Source: an uncultured delta proteobacterium
Lineage (GTDB): Bacteria; Myxococcota_A; Polyangia; Polyangiales; Polyangiaceae
Assembly: GCA_963716725.1 (NCBI GenBank)
Contig: CAVQUB010000005.1
Span: 192,001-256,000, forward strand
Direction of reading: 5' to 3'
Length of the DNA: 64,000 nt
The notes under the pieces are model-generated. The model worked only from the letters and a program-made list of their open reading frames with translations, had not been told where the DNA came from and did no database searches. A program made the translations under genes and the position numbers. Below are positions 8,861 through 17,818 of the stretch, one piece after another (within the stretch, counting starts at the first letter, position 1; each line of letters opens with the position of its first letter).

Positions 8861-9694
8861 ATGTTCTCGCCCCGAATCAAGCTCGCGCGACCCACCCTTG
8901 GCACCGTGTTGCGGGGGGCGCTCGTGTTCAGCCTGCTCGGCTGTGGCGGGCAAGTCGACGCCGACGGCGGAGCCACGGGTGGCGGCGGCATCGGCGGCGT
9001 GGGTGGAACCGGCGGGACCGGCGCCGCGGGTGGAACCGGCGCGACCGGTGGCGCTGGTGGATCCGGCTGGACGGAGTGTTCGACTCCGGATTGGGCTGTG
9101 TGCGGCACACCCGAGTGTCCAGAAGGACGGCCTGGGTGTTCCCTCTGCTTCCCGGCAAAGGGCCCGGGGCTCTTCGGGATCTGCGCCGAGACGTTTCCTA
9201 CCGGCGCAGTCCCGTGGAAGGCAGCGGATGGGAAGATCTTCGTTGGCCTCTTCCCGACCATTGATGAGAAGCCGGGGAACATCCTCGAGGCCCCCTTCAG
9301 CGCCGGGGTCTTCCTCGCAGCCCACGGCCAGGCCGCTCGGGTGGCCTACGCGGACCGCGGCGTGTGGACGGGCGATCCTCTCCCGCTCCCAGACACCTGC
9401 CCGTCGATCGCCGACGTGACGAGTTGCGGTGGTAACTGCGGAGGTTGTCCGAGCGGGCAGATCTGCACGGGCCGGTCGCCGCTCCACCCTTACGGGATCT
9501 GCGTACCCACGGACTCGTATTGCTCCTTGAACCCCGATGATCCCGGGCTGCCGTGCGACAAGGCTGATGATTGCTTCGTGTTCAAGGTCGAGCCGGACCG
9601 ACAGCCCGCGGCGGACGCCTGGGGCTTCTGCCTGCCCAAGGCCATCTGCGCGGCGAGCGCCGCAAAGCTGCCCGGCGGCGGACGCTGCGAATAG
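8861..9694 (+). CDS. Cys-rich lipoprotein with Gly/Thr linker, hypothetical
   Basis: Lipobox FSLLG-C, GGTGG repeats, many Cys pairs (CGGNCGGC). Confidence 0.8.
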   Translation: MFSPRIKLARPTLGTVLRGALVFSLLGCGGQVDADGGATGGGGIGGVGGTGGTGAAGGTGATGGAGGSGWTECSTPDWAVCGTPECPEGRPGCSLCFPAKGPGLFGICAETFPTGAVPWKAADGKIFVGLFPTIDEKPGNILEAPFSAGVFLAAHGQAARVAYADRGVWTGDPLPLPDTCPSIADVTSCGGNCGGCPSGQICTGRSPLHPYGICVPTDSYCSLNPDDPGLPCDKADDCFVFKVEPDRQPAADAWGFCLPKAICAASAAKLPGGGRCE

Positions 9695-10042
9695 GGAAAG
9701 TTTCCCCGGTAGGATGGGGCTCCATCACACTGACCTCAACGACCCGCAGGAAGCCGCGCAGGCGTCACCGGCGTCACCGCCTTCAGCGGCGCTCTTCGCC
9801 ACGCCGGCAGCCAGAGCCGGAGCTCGTAGCCGGTCCGGCTCACCGCGATCTCGGCGCTCACCGGCGACACCCACCACGAGCAGATCGTGATCGCGCCGAC
9901 GCCGACGAGCCCGAGGCGCTTTCGGTCTGCGAGCGCCCGCGCGATCTTGCCCGCGATCAGCGCGACGCCGAAGCCATACGCAGGCAGATAGTGATAGATG
10001 TACGAGTCGCGGCGCGAGACGATCCAGGGCACGACCGGGAGC
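9557..10042. repeat. 486-bp direct repeat, copy 2 (within intact genes)
   Basis: Counterpart of 6856-7341. Confidence 0.95.
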
Positions 10043-11073
10043 GCCCAGAGCAGCAGGCACCAGAGCTCCGCCGAGTCGAGGCTGCCGATGGTCCCGAGGG
10101 GCGTCGGGCGTGCCCGAAGCACGGCGCGTGCGCGCTGGGAGAGCGCGGAGAGCAGCCCAGCCAGCGCTACCAACACCGACAGGCTCGCGCCCCACCAGAG
10201 CAGCGGGTTGCCCATCGAGGTCATCGACCGCACGACGCCGTCCAGCTCCGAGTAGCGCATCGCGATGGGCTTCAGCGGCAGCAGCCAGGTGTACCAGCGC
10301 GAGATCAACGCGTGCTTTCCGTCCGTGAGTTTGGCGTGGTGCTCGTAGAGGTCGCGCGTCGCGGCGACGACGTCGGCCACGCCGTGCGGCGCGTGCTGGA
10401 GCATGAGCCCGTGGCGGTAGACCAAAAAGTAGGTGAGCGGAGTCAGCGCCAGCAACAGCACCGACCAGCGCGGCGCTCGTCCGACCAGCGTCGCGATCAA
10501 GAGTGGGACGACCATCACCACGGCGCTGAATTTCACCGAGCAGCCCAGCCCGAGCAGCACCGCGCCGACGGCGACGCGTTGCGCGCTCTTGGCCCGGATC
10601 GCGACGCAGGCAGCGGCCAAGACCAAGGTCGCGAGCACGCCGTCGAGCAGCGCCGTGCGCGAGTACGCGATGAAGAAACCATCGCCGGCCAGGAAGGCGG
10701 CGGCGATCAGCCCGGCGCGCCAGTTGCGAAACAGGCGAGCCGCGAGCAAACCCCCCAGCGCGATGTTGGCGATGCCGCTGGCGAGCGCCGACGCACGCCA
10801 TGCGAACGAGACGTCGCCGAACCAGTGGATGGCCTGCGCGATCAACAACTTGCCGAGCGGTGGGTGATCGTTCCAGTCCTTGGCGCCGACCAGATAGTTC
10901 TGAGCGGTGCGCACGAAGTGATGCTCGTCCCACGCGAGTCCGACGGGCTCGCCGAGTCGCTGCACGCGCAGCCAGATCCCGATCGCGACGGCGATCAGAC
11001 ACCAGCCCACCAACAGCAAATCCTGTCGCTTCGACGCCGACACCCGAGGCGCCTCTCTACCAGAAGCCGCCAA
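9736..11073 (-). CDS. Phospholipid carrier-dependent glycosyltransferase, PMT/GT39-like (paralog 1)
   Basis: WDEHHF, DHPPLGK, YSR.ALLD, KF, H...S.WY.W, GNPLLWW and YIYHYLPA motifs; multiple TM helices; start may be the GTG near 11043. Confidence 0.85.
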   Translation of the reverse strand: MAASGREAPRVSASKRQDLLLVGWCLIAVAIGIWLRVQRLGEPVGLAWDEHHFVRTAQNYLVGAKDWNDHPPLGKLLIAQAIHWFGDVSFAWRASALASGIANIALGGLLAARLFRNWRAGLIAAAFLAGDGFFIAYSRTALLDGVLATLVLAAACVAIRAKSAQRVAVGAVLLGLGCSVKFSAVVMVVPLLIATLVGRAPRWSVLLLALTPLTYFLVYRHGLMLQHAPHGVADVVAATRDLYEHHAKLTDGKHALISRWYTWLLPLKPIAMRYSELDGVVRSMTSMGNPLLWWGASLSVLVALAGLLSALSQRARAVLRARPTPLGTIGSLDSAELWCLLLWALPVVPWIVSRRDSYIYHYLPAYGFGVALIAGKIARALADRKRLGLVGVGAITICSWWVSPVSAEIAVSRTGYELRLWLPAWRRAPLKAVTPVTPARLPAGR

Positions 11074-11174
11074 CCGTCGCTTGCGACCGCAAACCTCCGG
11101 TTGGCACCCGACCCGGCAGATCTCGCTGAAAATCCCCCTGCGGACGCTGGTTCACCGCTTGCAGATCCCTCCGC

Positions 11175-12713
11175 GTGCGCGCCATCAAGCTCTCGACGTT
11201 GCTCTTGGCCACGACCCTCGCCGCCGCGGCCCAGGCTGCCCCGACGCCGGTCACCCCGAGCTTTGGCAAGGCCTGTGATGGCTTCGCTAGCTACGACGCT
11301 CAGGACACCTGCGATCCTACGGCCAAGCCCGGCGCCGTGGGCTTCAAGGACTTCATCTTGAAGACCTACCCGAGCACCGGCGACTACGGCATCACCCGCG
11401 CGTGCAACTCGGGTGGCACGAGCGAGCACAAGGAGGGGCGCGCCTGGGACTGGAAGGTCAACTACAACATCACCGCCCAGCGCGACATCGCCGACACCGT
11501 CATCGGCTGGTTGCTCGACACCGATCAGCACGGCAACGCCTGCGCCAATGCTCGTCGCTTGGGCATGATGTACTTCATCTGGAACAGCAAGATCTGGGGC
11601 GCGTACCGCTCGCCGAACGCCTCCTGCGCGAGCGCCGGGTGGAAGGCGTATACCGGATCGAACCCGCACACCGACCACGTGCACATCAGCTGGGCCTGGC
11701 CCGGTGCCAAGAAGCAGACCACGTGGTGGACCTCGGCGCTGCCGCCGGAGCCGGTGAACACCAAGCCCAAGGGCTATCTCGACGGCGCGAGCTGCGAACG
11801 GGTCTGGGGCTGGTCGCAGGACACCGACGCGCCGACGAAGGGCATCGCCGTGCACCTCTACTTCGGTGGTCCGGCGGGCGACGCCAAGGCCAAGGGCGTG
11901 CCCATCGACGCCAACATCGACCGCAGCGATCTGTGTACGCCGCTGGGCTCGTGCAACCATGGCTTCGAGGTCGCGTCGCCGCTCAGCCTGCACGACGGCA
12001 AGCCCCACCCGGTTCACGCCTACGGCATCGACACCGCCGGCGGCGCCAACGCCGAGCTGGCCCAGAGCCCAGACACGCTCGACTGCGACGCCGTGATCCC
12101 AGCGGGATCAAAGCGCTTGGTGAAAGACACAGCCAGCTTCGACGACTGGGGCTTCTCGGAGTTCTGGGACGTGATGCCGGTCGCCGACGGCGATCTCGGC
12201 GCGATCCCCGAAGAAGCCGCGCTGCCCGACAGCCCGCTCTTGGTCCAGTCCACCGACGGAAGCCCCGAGGTCTGGCTGATCGACGGTGAGTTCCGCCGGC
12301 AGGTTCCGAACCTGGCCGTGCTCGCGACCTGGGGCTTCGACTCGGCGGCAATCGTGAAGTGGGCGACCAAGGATCTCGAAGCCCTGTCCGTCGGCCCGAA
12401 GCTGCGATCGCGCCCCGTGCTCGTGCGCGGCAGCGGCTCCGAGATCTACTTGATGGACGACGCGTTGCCGAAGCTCGGCGAGCCCGCGGGTAGCGGCGGA
12501 TCGGGCAGCGGCGGCGCTTCGTCCGGGGGTTCGAGCAGCGCCACCGGCGGCAAACCCGGCTCGTCGTCGGGTCAGCAGACCAAGGTGCTCTCCGACGAAG
12601 AGCAGGGCTGCGCGTGTCGGACCACCGGCGACGCCCAGAGCACCGGCTACGAGCTCGCGCTGTTGGCGCTCGGACTCATGGGCGCTCGCCGCCGCCGCGC
12701 GAGGACCGCGTGA
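11175..12713 (+). CDS. MYXO-CTERM surface protein with N-terminal M15/LAS-type Zn peptidase-like domain
   Basis: Signal peptide; SEHKEGRAWD and NPHTDHVHISW Zn-ligand motifs; C-terminal GCAC...LALLALGL..RRRR sorting signal. Confidence 0.8.
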   Translation: MRAIKLSTLLLATTLAAAAQAAPTPVTPSFGKACDGFASYDAQDTCDPTAKPGAVGFKDFILKTYPSTGDYGITRACNSGGTSEHKEGRAWDWKVNYNITAQRDIADTVIGWLLDTDQHGNACANARRLGMMYFIWNSKIWGAYRSPNASCASAGWKAYTGSNPHTDHVHISWAWPGAKKQTTWWTSALPPEPVNTKPKGYLDGASCERVWGWSQDTDAPTKGIAVHLYFGGPAGDAKAKGVPIDANIDRSDLCTPLGSCNHGFEVASPLSLHDGKPHPVHAYGIDTAGGANAELAQSPDTLDCDAVIPAGSKRLVKDTASFDDWGFSEFWDVMPVADGDLGAIPEEAALPDSPLLVQSTDGSPEVWLIDGEFRRQVPNLAVLATWGFDSAAIVKWATKDLEALSVGPKLRSRPVLVRGSGSEIYLMDDALPKLGEPAGSGGSGSGGASSGGSSSATGGKPGSSSGQQTKVLSDEEQGCACRTTGDAQSTGYELALLALGLMGARRRRARTA

Positions 12714-13282
12714 CCACGCGGCGAGCAGCCGGCGTCGCCTTCGGGATGGTGGTCCTGGCAATTGCGGCGATTGTGTGGATGAAGCGCGCCGACACCAACG
12801 CTCCGCTGCCGCCCGATGAGCAAGCGTCTTCGAAGCTCGAAGGCCAGCGACGACCTCGGTCGACGAAGCCCCGGCTCGCGGCTCCCGAGACCCGCGAAGC
12901 TTCCGTGAGTGCAGGTGCAAGCGCTGAACCAACCGCGATTGTCGCGCCAACGACCACGACCGCAGCGCCGACGCGCACCGCGCAATTGGCGACCACGGTT
13001 CTCGCCGCCGCCGTGCGCCACGACTGGATGGTCGTGGACGATCACGACACGCCCTGCCCGCCCCAACAGATCCGCATCATCTACGACGCACCCTCCGATC
13101 TCGGGAGCTATCAGAAGGGCGCATACTTCGAGCCGCTCGGGCCGGGACCAGGTGACAGTGACGTCGAGGTCAACGGCCTGATGCTCTGCGAGGGCTCGAC
13201 CTTCCTCTACCGCGGCTTCGAGGCGTACTACCGTGCCGATCGGGGGCAGTGGGACGTCTTTCCCTTCCCCGTCATCGAATGA
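12710..13282 (+). CDS. Membrane-anchored hypothetical protein with Pro/Thr/Ala-rich linker
   Basis: GTG overlaps the upstream stop; N-terminal TM; APTTTTAAPT linker. Confidence 0.7.
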   Translation: MTTRRAAGVAFGMVVLAIAAIVWMKRADTNAPLPPDEQASSKLEGQRRPRSTKPRLAAPETREASVSAGASAEPTAIVAPTTTTAAPTRTAQLATTVLAAAVRHDWMVVDDHDTPCPPQQIRIIYDAPSDLGSYQKGAYFEPLGPGPGDSDVEVNGLMLCEGSTFLYRGFEAYYRADRGQWDVFPFPVIE

Positions 13283-13309
13283 CACGTTGACGCCCTCGGC
13301 GGCGCCGTC

Positions 13310-13825
13310 TTGACTCGCGCCGTGCAATCCACCGCTGCTCGCTGGGGCGCTGTCGCCCTCTGGCTCGGGCTGGCGCCGCTGCTGGTGCTCTCCGGCTCGA
13401 GCCCACCGTTTCACGCGGGGGCGATCGCGGAGGTGGAGATCACTCTCGTGAGCAGTGACCGCGGCGCTCTCGCCTGCACCTCCGACCGACCGCTCTGGGG
13501 GCATGCTTGCAAGTACCGTGAAGGAGGTCGGGTCGTGCAGCCGAAGGGCACGATGGTGCCCTGCATGACCTCGGATCGTCGTCCGTTGTTGGTGCCGGGT
13601 CTGTTCGAGCAGCCCGCCGTGGCCGCGCGCGTCGCGCGTGACGAAGGCGTGCCCTTGGAAATGCGCGGACGGTTCTTGGCGCGCTGCCGCGTGCGCGTGC
13701 TCGATCAGGTGAGCGGCGTGCAGGTGCGCTTCTCGCCAGCGGCACCCTTCGTCGAAGGGCCGAAGTCGTGGCTGGTGTCGCCCATCGCGTGCTCCGTGCA
13801 CGAGGATCGAGGCGCCAGGCCATGA
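13310..13825 (+). CDS. Exported hypothetical protein
   Basis: Hydrophobic N-terminus; EITLV..DR..LAC...C motif; stop overlaps the next ATG. Confidence 0.7.
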   Translation: MTRAVQSTAARWGAVALWLGLAPLLVLSGSSPPFHAGAIAEVEITLVSSDRGALACTSDRPLWGHACKYREGGRVVQPKGTMVPCMTSDRRPLLVPGLFEQPAVAARVARDEGVPLEMRGRFLARCRVRVLDQVSGVQVRFSPAAPFVEGPKSWLVSPIACSVHEDRGARP

Positions 13826-15129
13826 GCCGTCCGAAGATCCTCCAGCGCCTGCGCGACCCGGATTCGCCGCTGGTCGCGGCGTGTGGCGTGATGATCGCGT
13901 TCGGGATCTGGTTGCGGGTCCAGCGGCTGGCGTTTCCCCGCGGGCTCACCTGGGACGAGCACCACTTCGTGAACAACGCCAGGAACTACCTGCAGGGGCT
14001 GCCGGACGGAAACGACCATCCACCGCTCGGCAAGCTGTTGATGGCGGTGCCCATGCACTTCGTCGGCGACAGCTCCTTGGGCTGGCGCCTGGCGCCCTTG
14101 GTGCTCGGGATCCTGCTCATCCCGCTGGTCGGGGCGGTGGCAAGCTGGGCCACCGGCCGGCGGAACGCGTTTTGGGTCGGCTGCGCGCTGGCCGCCGGCG
14201 ACGGCTTCTTGATCGCGTACTCGCGCTCGGCGCTGCTCGACGGCATGCTGGCCTGCCTCTGCCTCGCGGCGGTGTGGGTGGCGCTCAGCTCGAGATCGTG
14301 GCTGGGGCTCGCGATCGCATCGCTGCTGCTCGGCTCGGCCTGCGCCATCAAGTACAGCGCGGTGGTCTTTGCTCCGCTGCTGCTCTGGGCCGCGCTGAGC
14401 AAGCCGTCCCGCTGGGTTTCGTCGCTGACGCTCGGGCTGGTGCCGGCGGTCTACGCCGGCTGGTTCAGCCTGGGCCTCTGGCTGGCCAAGCAGCCCTTTG
14501 GGCTCTCGTCAGTGGTCGCCGAGACGAAGCGCTTGTACCTGCACCACGCCGGCTTGACGCAGTGGGTACACCCGCTCTTGTCCCATTGGTACCAGTGGTT
14601 TCTGCCGACGCGTCCCATCCCGATGCGCAACGATCCCCTGAGCGACGGTCGGACCCGAGTGCTCGCGGCCATGGGCAACCCACTGCTCTGGTGGCTGGTG
14701 GACCTGGCCGTCATCGTCGCGGTGGCGTCACTCATCGTCGCGCTCATCGGGGTCGCAAAGCGGCGCTCCTGGGGCAGCGCGCTCGGTCATGCGCTGAGGC
14801 TCGACGGCCCTGGGGTGCGCCGCGGGTTCTTGCTCGCGGCCTGGTGCGCACCCATCGCGCCCTGGTGGATTTCAGCGCGCGACTCGTACCTCTACCACTA
14901 CCTGCCCGCCTACGTCTTCGGCGTGGTCCTCGTCGCGACGCTCTTCGAAGCGGCGCGCCAGCGACGACGTACCGTCAGCTTGATCGCGCTGCTCGTGGTC
15001 GGACAGCTGAGCTTCTACTACTCACCGATCTGGGGCCAGCTCCCGCTCTCGCGTGAAGGTGTCGCGGCGCGCGCCCTCTGGCGGCGCTGGCACGTCGCGG
15101 TCTCGTTGCGCTCCCCGTGGGATCCCTGA
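13822..15129 (+). CDS. Phospholipid carrier-dependent glycosyltransferase, PMT/GT39-like (paralog 2)
   Basis: WDEHHF, NDHPPLGK, YSRSALLD, HPLLSHWYQW, GNPLLWW and YLYHYLPA motifs. Confidence 0.85.
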   Translation: MSRPKILQRLRDPDSPLVAACGVMIAFGIWLRVQRLAFPRGLTWDEHHFVNNARNYLQGLPDGNDHPPLGKLLMAVPMHFVGDSSLGWRLAPLVLGILLIPLVGAVASWATGRRNAFWVGCALAAGDGFLIAYSRSALLDGMLACLCLAAVWVALSSRSWLGLAIASLLLGSACAIKYSAVVFAPLLLWAALSKPSRWVSSLTLGLVPAVYAGWFSLGLWLAKQPFGLSSVVAETKRLYLHHAGLTQWVHPLLSHWYQWFLPTRPIPMRNDPLSDGRTRVLAAMGNPLLWWLVDLAVIVAVASLIVALIGVAKRRSWGSALGHALRLDGPGVRRGFLLAAWCAPIAPWWISARDSYLYHYLPAYVFGVVLVATLFEAARQRRRTVSLIALLVVGQLSFYYSPIWGQLPLSREGVAARALWRRWHVAVSLRSPWDP

Positions 15130-15201
15130 GCTTCGCTCAGTGTCGAGTTCCCGCGGCGAAGATCTGCCACGCTCTCGGCGTCATGGTAGCTTCGTTCTGC
15201 G

Positions 15202-17073
15202 ATGGCGGAGCAGATCGATCTGGCGACGACTCCGGCCAGCGTCGCCGATTTTCTGACCCGCCACCCTTGGCCGCGCGATTTGCTCGAACACGGTCGTCCG
15301 CTCGAGTTTCTCTGGCACTTCGACCTGATCGCGACCCCCAGCGAGGCCTGGGGCTTCATCAGCGACACCTCGAGGCTGAACCGCGCCATGGGCGTCAGCC
15401 GGATGCACTTCGAAGAGCGCGAGGGCGCCTTGCACGGTCGGGCGACGAACGGCGGATTCTTGCAAGAGTGGGTCGAGGTGCCGTGGACCTGGGTAGCCGA
15501 GCGCGAGATGAGCTCGGTGCGACTCTACAGCCGCGGGTTTGCGCACTCGGTCCGGGGCATCTTCGAGATCACTGCGATCGGCGAGCGCACCCGCGTGTCG
15601 GTGTATTTCGGCTGGGTCCCCCGGGGCTTCTGGCAGCGCTGGCTGCTCGGCGTCGGCATGCGCTCCCTCGAACGGCAGTTCGCTCGCGTGATTCAGGAGG
15701 CCGAGGCGAGCATTGCGGACACGCGACGCGCGTCGATGCCCTTCGTCGCCATGGCCGCGCCGCTGTCGCCCGACGCGGCAGAGCGATTGCAAGCGTTGGG
15801 CGCGCGCCTGACCGCCGACGGCGTCGATGAGCGTCTCGTCTCGCGCCTCGCTGAATACCTGAGGACCGCCGACGAGATGGACCTGGTGCGCATCCAGGCA
15901 CTTCCGCTGGCGCGTCGCTGGCGAGTGGACGAGGACGCGGTGCTCGATGCCTTTCTCAAGGCGACGCGGGTCGGTCTCTTGGACCTGTCGTGGGACGTCA
16001 TTTGCCCTCACTGTCGGGGTGTCCGCTCGGATCTGCGGACCCTGGGCGAGGTGCCTCGCAAGGGGGACTGCGGGGTGTGCGACGTCGACTTCGAGACCGA
16101 CGCCGAAAACGCCATCGAGGTGACCTTCCACGTTCACCCGTCCATCCGCGCCGTAGAGCGCGTGTTCTACTGCAGCGCCGAGCCGGCCTTCAAGGCGCAC
16201 ATCAAGCTGCAGCAGATCGTGCCCGCGGGGGAGCGGCTGCGTATTCCCACGGCGCTGGGGCCCGGTCGCTATCGCCTTCGAGTCTCGGGAGTCGGGACCG
16301 CGACGACGCTCGACGTCGAGCCCGACGCGGCTGAGAGGCAGGCCCTGTGGAAGCCTCACGCTTCGGCGTTGCCCAGTGTCGGCTCGGCCCCCGAGCTGGT
16401 GCTCGAGAACGACAGCGATCAGGCCCGGACCTTCGTCGTCGAGACCCCGACTTGGTCCGACGACGCGCTTCGACCGGCGCGGCTGCTGAGCTTTCAGCGA
16501 TTTCGGGATCTGTTCACCGAAGAGTACGTCGGCTCCGACGTGCAGCTCTCGGTGGGGAGCCAGACCATTCTCTTCACCGACGTGGTGGGGTCCACCAAGC
16601 TCTATGCCACCCGGGGTGATCCCGGCGCCTTCATGGACGTGAAGCGTCACTTCTCGGAGATCCTCGAGGTCGTGCAGACGAACCACGGCGCCGTCGTGAA
16701 GACCATCGGCGACGCCGTGATGGCGGCGTTCCCCAGCGCGGCTGATGCGCTCTCGGCTGCGGAATCCATCCAGTTGCGGCTGCCGCCGGATCGCGAAGAT
16801 CTGCGCATCCGCGTGCGGGCCAGCTTGAACACCGGTCCCTGCATCGCCGTGAACTTGAATACGAACATGGACTACTTCGGCAACACCGTGAACGTCGCGG
16901 CAAAGCTCCAAGCCTGCGCTGAGGCGGGCCAGGTGGCGTTTCCGGCCAGCCTCGTCGAGCAGCCGGGCGTGCGCGCCTTGCTCGAGGCTCGGAAAGCCAA
17001 GCTGAACGAGCGCAGCTTCGAGACAGCAGGTTCCAGCGCGTTCGGCGTGCTCACCTGGGACGTCAGTCCCTGA
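15202..17073 (+). CDS. Class III adenylate/guanylate cyclase with DUF5939-type N-terminal region
   Basis: ILFTDVVGSTKLY, VVKTIGDAVMA, DYFGNTVNVAAKL; WDVICPHCRG..C..C and IEVTF.VHPSIR...FYC.AEP..K.H region. Confidence 0.9.
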   Translation: MAEQIDLATTPASVADFLTRHPWPRDLLEHGRPLEFLWHFDLIATPSEAWGFISDTSRLNRAMGVSRMHFEEREGALHGRATNGGFLQEWVEVPWTWVAEREMSSVRLYSRGFAHSVRGIFEITAIGERTRVSVYFGWVPRGFWQRWLLGVGMRSLERQFARVIQEAEASIADTRRASMPFVAMAAPLSPDAAERLQALGARLTADGVDERLVSRLAEYLRTADEMDLVRIQALPLARRWRVDEDAVLDAFLKATRVGLLDLSWDVICPHCRGVRSDLRTLGEVPRKGDCGVCDVDFETDAENAIEVTFHVHPSIRAVERVFYCSAEPAFKAHIKLQQIVPAGERLRIPTALGPGRYRLRVSGVGTATTLDVEPDAAERQALWKPHASALPSVGSAPELVLENDSDQARTFVVETPTWSDDALRPARLLSFQRFRDLFTEEYVGSDVQLSVGSQTILFTDVVGSTKLYATRGDPGAFMDVKRHFSEILEVVQTNHGAVVKTIGDAVMAAFPSAADALSAAESIQLRLPPDREDLRIRVRASLNTGPCIAVNLNTNMDYFGNTVNVAAKLQACAEAGQVAFPASLVEQPGVRALLEARKAKLNERSFETAGSSAFGVLTWDVSP

Positions 17074-17089
17074 ATTCGGCGCCTCGTCC

Positions 17090-17806
17090 TTGACTCATGC
17101 AGAGGGCGAGTTACGAGACCAGCTCTTGACCACGAACGCGCAGGCCTCCGCTCTCTCGACCCTCGCGGGCGTTCCGCCGCGCCTGCGCCACGCCGTGTTC
17201 GCCCTGATCGCGCTCTTGGCTATCGGCAACGCGGTCGGCACGGCGCTCTCGCCCTATCTGGTGGTGAAGTATCCACTACTGCTGGTGGTGATCTCGCCCG
17301 AAGGCCGCCACGTGGTCCTCGCCACGAGCGGCGTGGGCCCCGAGTTGCTGGTCGCCGTCGGCACCTTGCGCCGCCTTCTGGGCATCATCGGAGGCTTCGG
17401 TCTGGGCTTGATGTACGGAGAGGCCGCGGTGCGCTGGGCCGAGCAACGCGCGCCGCGTTTCGCGCGAATCATCTTGTTTGTGGAGCGCGCCTTCGGGCGC
17501 TTCGGGCTCTATCTGCTCTTCTTCATTCCGCTGCCCTCCATCGGTGTCTTGGCCGGCGCGGCGCGGACGCGCTTCCCGCTGGTAGTTCTGGTGGGTGCTC
17601 TCGGCCAGGCGGTGTGGATGACGCTCACGGTGTTCTTCGGTGAGGCCATATCGGCGTGGACCCAACCGGTCCTCACGTTCTTCTCGCGCTACCTGATCGA
17701 GAGCACGATCGTCGCCGCGGCGCTGGTGGGCTTGCAGCAACTCGTGGCGTACCAGCGACGCAAGCGCGCCCGGCCTCCGGAGGCCACTCCGGACGGCTCG
17801 GGCTGA
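17090..17806 (+). CDS. DedA/VTT-like membrane protein
   Basis: Multiple TM segments; G..YG..AVRW, F.RFG and LAGAAR pattern. Confidence 0.65.
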   Translation: MTHAEGELRDQLLTTNAQASALSTLAGVPPRLRHAVFALIALLAIGNAVGTALSPYLVVKYPLLLVVISPEGRHVVLATSGVGPELLVAVGTLRRLLGIIGGFGLGLMYGEAAVRWAEQRAPRFARIILFVERAFGRFGLYLLFFIPLPSIGVLAGAARTRFPLVVLVGALGQAVWMTLTVFFGEAISAWTQPVLTFFSRYLIESTIVAAALVGLQQLVAYQRRKRARPPEATPDGSG

Positions 17807-17818
17807 ACCCGAGGGAAC

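Noticed and set aside
6856..9710. Diversity-generating retroelement: near-identical repeat over a gene 3' end, 5 of the first 7 mismatches at A, and an Avd-like four-helix gene nearby
   Set aside because: No reverse transcriptase in the window; the adenines are in the gene copy rather than a template copy; non-A mismatches occur; and the repeat extends about 300 bp into a second gene.
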